Assembly (NCBI RefSeq): GCF_000009045.1
Contig: NC_000964.3
Span: forward strand, 3,240,001 to 3,272,000
DNA from: Bacillus subtilis subsp. subtilis str. 168
GTDB taxonomy: Bacteria > Bacillota > Bacilli > Bacillales > Bacillaceae
Direction of reading: 5' to 3'
DNA: 32,000 bases
Below, one piece after another: positions 26,707 through 32,000 of the stretch; within the stretch, counting starts at the first letter, position 1; each line of letters starts with the position of its first letter. A model generated the notes under the pieces. It made no database searches and was not told the DNA's origin. It saw only the letters and a program-made list of their open reading frames with translations. The translations under genes were made by a program, and so were the position numbers.

Positions 26707-29700
26707 CGCTTTCTGCTGTGTGTTCAGCCATCAACCGGATAATCAGCGGCAGAGCCACGGCAATCACCGTAATGATCAGCAGAACTGTTATTCCCATTGT
26801 AAACAAGTGCCCAGTACCGTACTGGATGTCGATATATACTTTCGAAACCGGATCTTCAAATGTAAAGTTCGGCATGATCAAATCAATAAGCGGTGCGACA
26901 TAGAATAGGATCATTGCTGCTGAAGCAACCCAGCCAGGGATTGATCCGAATCTGAATGCCGTCCGGATGAAGGCAGAGCTTGCGACCAGCAATAGAATCG
27001 TAAACACCGACCACTTAATCGTCTGATCGTCCGGCAGTGAATAAATATTCAAGCCGAACAAGCTGATCATAAGTCCGACAAGGATATTCAGAATTCCGAA
27101 TAACGCTCCTTTGACGAGAAGCGGTGCGTTTTGGTAATACGAGCTGAAATAGCCGATTAACAGACTGCTGATCAACACAATGACAAGGATGACAACCGGA
27201 GGTACCGTCTGAATTTTTTCTTCCGGAACCTCTCCGCTGATTTTAAGCGGATTCGCTAAGTAATCATATACATAGCCATTGTTTTGCCCGTCTACTAATG
27301 TATTTCCGAGTATGCCGTATACGTCATTTCGCACGAGTTTCGTGGAGGCGACATTTTTCCCCCAGTTGTTGTTTAAGGTGTCGGCTTTCGCTTGAACATC
27401 ATTAACGCTTTGCTGCATGTTGGTTGTGTAATCAATGATGCCGGACTGGCGATCAGACAATGAACCCATCATGTCTGACATTTGCAGCACTTCCTGGCCG
27501 ACCGTATCTTGGACACTCAGTGCCATGGTACCAGACAGCCCATCGTTGCTGAACGTCGCAGATTCCTGTGTTGCGCCCGTTACAAGCTGTTCTGACGCTT
27601 TTGCGGCACTTTCAGAGATTTTCGTCAGTTCGTCGAGAACACCTGCTTGAGAGTCACGGATATAGCCGCTGTAGTCGTCCGCAAATTTGGTCATGCCGTC
27701 GATGAAGCTGTTAATATCCTCATCTGTTTGCATCGTGTTGTTTTTGAGAGCTTCCCAGCTGGCTGATTCTTCAGGTGTGAGAGCCAGGACTGATTGGACG
27801 TTGCCATCTTGCTCTTGGATGACTTCACCTTTAATAATAGTCAAAGAGCCTAGATCCAGATTATCATTTAGCGTAGACTTATATAAATTTAAAGAGTTGT
27901 AATACTTCATCAAGTTAGAAATATTATCAGTTTCAATTCTACTTGAAAAAATTGAACTTAGTTTTTCTTTCTGATCTATATAGCCTCTACTCTGCAAAGT
28001 TTGTATTATTTCGTCTTCCAAATTGTATATTAACCTATAAGCATCATTGACATTATTATCAAAATCAACCAACTTTTTTGTTAAGTCACCAATTTGATCA
28101 TTTAATTTTGAAACTGTTTTATTTAACTCTTTAATTTCTTGATTTAACTCATCAATATGTTTCTCTAGTTTGTTGTTATGTTCCTCTTGTTTTTCTTGAA
28201 GTGCATTTTCTATTTCCTCTAATTTTATCGCTGCTTCGTTCAGACGTTTTTTTGCACCTGAAATATCAGTTTCACCGTCAGCTCCGTCACCCTGTAGCCC
28301 ATCACTTTGATTTGAGCCATCGTTTTCATCTGCGAGTTCAATCAAAGAGAAATCTGTTTTAGAGGTTCCTGTATTCTCCGTGTTTGTATCTTGTTCAGGA
28401 ACGTTTTTTGAAGATTCTTGATGTTTTTGTCCCGTTTCAATGTTAGTTTGAACATCATTTTGTGATCCATTATCTTGAGTACCCTCTTCTGATGAGCCAG
28501 TATCTTCATTTGTTGGCTGATCATCGGATGTTGGAATATCATTCGACGGTTCTTCAGTATTAGGAGAATCATCGGTTGATGGTTCTTCAGCATCGGGTGT
28601 TGTTGGTTTTTCTTGTTCAGGTTCTTTTAACCCTTCAGAGATATCTTTAATTTCAGTTGCAACATTTTTGAGCTCATCCCGCTGCTTCTCTAAATCCAAT
28701 TTTATATCTTCAATATCTTCCTTATCTGTGTCATCTTTATTATCAGATGTGTCTTCTCCATCTTCCTTTTCGTCGCTTTCCTTAGGTTTAAGTAAACTAA
28801 GGCGGTTCTTCCCGATATTCTCTTGCAATTGATTTAAATTTTGATATTTAATAGCTTCATATTGACTTTTATATCGAGATAGAAATGCATTAAACATGTC
28901 ATTCTCAATTTTTTTCATACCCATTTCTTGCAATGGCACTTGATTTTGCCTTAACTTTTCAGCATTGTTCAACGCAAGGTTTGTCAGTCCTATTTGTGTC
29001 TTCGCTTGGCCGATCCCGGTTGCCAATCCGCTCATGCGTTCGCTGAACTGATTCGCCTTTTGCTGTGCCTGGATGGCATCCAGACCTGTCCGGATTTGCT
29101 GCTGTGTTGAATCCTGGGCTGCCAAAAGCAGCTTTTTCTGATTCTCTTGATATTCTTTGTACCTTTCAACTGTATCAATGAATTCTTTCAGCGTGTTTTT
29201 GGCTTCCTCCGCCGTAGAAGCTTTTTCTTTTGTCGTGCCTTGCGCTTCATTCATTGATTTCTTCAGCTCATCGATTAAGTCTTTTTGCTGTTTGATTTCA
29301 CCTGCTAAATCATTAGAGCTTGGTTTGTAAAAGTTGTACATGACATTCTGGAATTCAGATTCTTTATTGACGATCTTGTCAAATTCTCCTCTGATGTTGT
29401 CCACTTTTTGCGAAACAAAATTCCAGTATAAGGCCGACATTTTTTTGTTCATTGTCTTTTGGGCATCCTCAAGCTCACGCTGAACTTTTTCTTTGTTAAC
29501 CGCATTCAGGTTATCTTGAATGCTGAATTCGAGCGTTGCCTTTTGAGGATGGTCTTTGTCATAGCTCAAAATGTTTTTTGAGAAGTCTGAGGGAATGTAG
29601 ACAATCGCATCGTATTTCTTTGAAGCGAGACCGGTCTCGGCCGCGCTTCGGTTTACGACCGTCCACGAATAATCAGGACGTTCACCCAGAACGGCCGCTA

Positions 29701-29917
29701 CTTCCTTGCCGAACTGGGCGGATTTGTCCTCTTCATCAGACTTTACCTCATCACTCAATACGCCTGTGTCTTCATTCACCACCGCGATTTGCCGGGTAGA
29801 ATTGACTGCTTTTTTCGTTGGGTCGTCTCCGATAAATCGGAAAAACAACACCGGCAGCAGCAAAATGATGATGACGGCGGATATTAACTTGATCAAGCTT
29901 TTTCGTTGTTCTGTCAT
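26687..29917 (-). CDS. yueB: Type VII secretion membrane protein YueB (EsaA-like) and SPP1 phage receptor
   Basis: 1076 aa; N-terminal [18 protein letters not shown], YhgE/Pip-like [16 protein letters not shown]-type segment, long coiled-coil ectodomain, five or six C-terminal TM segments. Confidence 0.95.
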
Positions 29918-32000
29918 CTAGCACTCTCCCTTTCAGCAGAACATAAAGGAATTTGAACTTTTTGCTCCTTCCCGTTTTCCACAACATATCCGAAGCCCGG
30001 CTGAATCTCAGGCTCCTGTCTTTGGTACGGGAGAGGAATGACATTTTGCTCAGACTTTTTCATCAGCAGAATCGCGTGGCGGATTTGCTTCATCTCAGTC
30101 GTCAAGGAGTCATAGCCTTTTGAGAATTCGCTGTGGTTTCCGCCCGGGATAAAGCTGAACCCAAGATGAGCGTATGATTTCATGAAGTTAGCGAGACGAT
30201 CTTGTATTCTCGTATCAATCGTCTGCTGGAATCTCGTTATCCCGTCAATCATCAGCACGACTTGTGAGAATCGCAGATTTTGTGCGTCTCCTTGGCGGAC
30301 GGCTTCTACATACATGGCTTCTCTTGTTTTGAAAATGTCTTCTGCTGTTTCAATCCACTGCTCAATATCTTCTTTCGTTTCCAAATATGAAACATCTGAT
30401 TCCTTCGCATAATGAGATAAGCCGCGGTCAATCGAGTCAAACAGGCCGATCATTTCGGTTTCATCATCAATCAGATGTTCAAGCATGACTTTTAGGACGT
30501 TTGTTTTCCCGCGCTGAGTTTGGCCTAAAATCAGGCAGTGCTTATGCTTGCCCAAATCAAAATAGACTGGGCTGACTGTTTCTTCATGAAGCCCGATCGG
30601 TACAGATAAAGGCTTGCGTTCCAGCTTGAAGCGGATAGACAATTCTCTCGTCGACAAGCTCTCAGGCAGCATCGGAATCGGTGCCGGCTGCTCCATTGAA
30701 GCAAATCGCCCTTGAAGTTTCTGTACGTCTGATTTCAGCTCGTTGAACATGCCGATATCATCATCGGCGTCAACAGGCAGGAACATTTGCGCGAAATAAA
30801 GCTCTTCCTTTTGAATGATGACGCGTCCCGGAATCGGCTCAAGATTGAATTTCGGACGGCCGTAAATGGAATATCCTTCTGATTGATCCATGAGATAATG
30901 GACAATCTTTGTTTTCAAGTTATTTAACAATGACTGGCGGACAGCATTCACCCGCGTTGCTGTCAGCATAAAGTAGATACCCAAGCTTTGTCCGTCTCTG
31001 GAAAGCTGGACAAATTCCGATTCAAGCTCATGCATCTCATCCTTGACAATGTCAAAGTTGTCAATGGTGATAAAAATGAATGGAAGCTCTTCTTCGCTCA
31101 GCGCATTGTACATTTTGATGTGGCTGATTTCTTTTTCCCGGAACAAACGTTTACGGCGGTCAATTTCTTCTTTGATGCGAATCATGAACTTTTCAATTTT
31201 CCTTGACTGGTCCATCAGGAAGTAATCCGCGGTATGCGGGAGCTTCGCTAATGGCAGCAGCGTTCCGTTTCCGAAATCAAAGATATAGACATGAAGCTCT
31301 TCAGGTGTGTATACGTCCGCAAAACTCATCAGGAACGTTGCGGCTGCAATCGATTTTCCGTAGCCCGAAGAGCCGAAGATGCCGATATTTCCATCTTCCA
31401 TCATCTTATAAGCAATTGGCGCCTGTCTTTGCAGATCAGGTTCATCGACATACGCAAAGTGGAAATGGTCTTTTTCGTTTGAAGGGAAAAGAGTGCGCGG
31501 AATACGTTCCGCAAGCGGCGGCAGCCAAGGGCTTGGCAGCTTCTCGATTCCCATTTCATCTTGGATGCGTTCAATTTCGTCAACTACAGCTTCGATTTCG
31601 GTTTGAACGTCTTTTTTCGCGTTATCTTCGGTATCAACCTCAGAAAGCGGGATCAGACCCGTATCTGTGACGATCGCGATTTCATCCTCGGTACCGTAGA
31701 CTTCCTCTAAGTAAGGCGCCCCGCTCCATGCAGATTGGAACAGCTCATACACTTCATTGTTTCCGACCTGCAAATAGCCGCGGCCTGTTACGGTAATGTT
31801 TGCGGCATCGCTGTTTTTCAAAATTTCTTTACTGTCGGTGGCATCCTGGACCTTGAGCGCTACTTTAAAGCGCGAGTTACTCCAGATCTGGTCGTCGATG
31901 ATGCCGCCTGGCTTCTGTGTCGCCAAAATCAAATGAACGCCGAGGCTTCGTCCGATACGCGCGGCACTGACAAGCTCCCTGATAAAATCAGGCTCCTCGC
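29914..32000 (-). CDS. yukB (essC): Type VII secretion ATPase (FtsK/SpoIIIE-type, EssC-like), 5' part beyond the window
   Basis: Frame open past the track start through 32000 (EEPDFIRELVSAARIGRSLGVHLILATQKPGGI); Walker A motifs GSSGYGKSIAA and GQTQRGKTNVL. Confidence 0.95.
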   Translation of the reverse strand, partial: EEPDFIRELVSAARIGRSLGVHLILATQKPGGIIDDQIWSNSRFKVALKVQDATDSKEILKNSDAANITVTGRGYLQVGNNEVYELFQSAWSGAPYLEEVYGTEDEIAIVTDTGLIPLSEVDTEDNAKKDVQTEIEAVVDEIERIQDEMGIEKLPSPWLPPLAERIPRTLFPSNEKDHFHFAYVDEPDLQRQAPIAYKMMEDGNIGIFGSSGYGKSIAAATFLMSFADVYTPEELHVYIFDFGNGTLLPLAKLPHTADYFLMDQSRKIEKFMIRIKEEIDRRKRLFREKEISHIKMYNALSEEELPFIFITIDNFDIVKDEMHELESEFVQLSRDGQSLGIYFMLTATRVNAVRQSLLNNLKTKIVHYLMDQSEGYSIYGRPKFNLEPIPGRVIIQKEELYFAQMFLPVDADDDIGMFNELKSDVQKLQGRFASMEQPAPIPMLPESLSTRELSIRFKLERKPLSVPIGLHEETVSPVYFDLGKHKHCLILGQTQRGKTNVLKVMLEHLIDDETEMIGLFDSIDRGLSHYAKESDVSYLETKEDIEQWIETAEDIFKTREAMYVEAVRQGDAQNLRFSQVVLMIDGITRFQQTIDTRIQDRLANFMKSYAHLGFSFIPGGNHSEFSKGYDSLTTEMKQIRHAILLMKKSEQNVIPLPYQRQEPEIQPGFGYVVENGKEQKVQIPLCSAERESAR

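Noticed and set aside
28355-28720. Short repetitive words (cttcatc, tcatcgg, tgttgg) considered as a tandem repeat or CRISPR-like array
   Set aside because: No fixed period or spacers; they are degenerate codons of the Asp/Glu/Ser/Thr/Pro-rich part of YueB.
1-32000. Search for a novel defence, toxin-antitoxin, or biosynthetic system
   Set aside because: Every substantial ORF is accounted for by a known B. subtilis gene in its normal order. The only phage- or competition-related parts are the known YueB/T7SS genes; no reverse transcriptase, nuclease-helicase pair or new cassette is visible.

Overview
The window is an ordinary, essentially syntenic stretch of a Bacillus subtilis chromosome, very close to strain 168 judging from recalled protein sequences. 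Gene order is nupN(3' part)-nupO-nupP-nupQ, maeN, yufS, mrpABCDEFG, yuxO, comA-comP-comX-comQ, degQ, yuzC, yuxH(pdeH), pncB-pncA, yueI, yueH, yueG, yueF, yuzE, yuzF, yueE, yueD, yueC-yueB-yukB(5' part lies beyond the window). It holds several known systems: a purine-nucleoside ABC importer, the Na+/malate symporter, the Mrp Na+/H+ antiporter, the ComQXPA quorum-sensing cassette with the ComA target degQ, a c-di-GMP phosphodiesterase, the NAD salvage enzymes and the end of the YukE/ESX-like type VII secretion locus (YueB is also the SPP1 phage receptor). I found no tRNA, rRNA, CRISPR array, intact mobile element or convincing new multigene system. The points worth a second look are mostly regulatory: a perfect stem-loop plus T-run between comP and comA, a ComA box and weak-looking -10 at degQ, overlapping comQ/comX, a cre-like site at maeN, a sigma-E-like promoter at yuzC, a stem-loop between nupN and nupO, an unexplained degQ-yuzC spacer, and AT-rich or low-complexity mosaic segments in comQXP and yueB.
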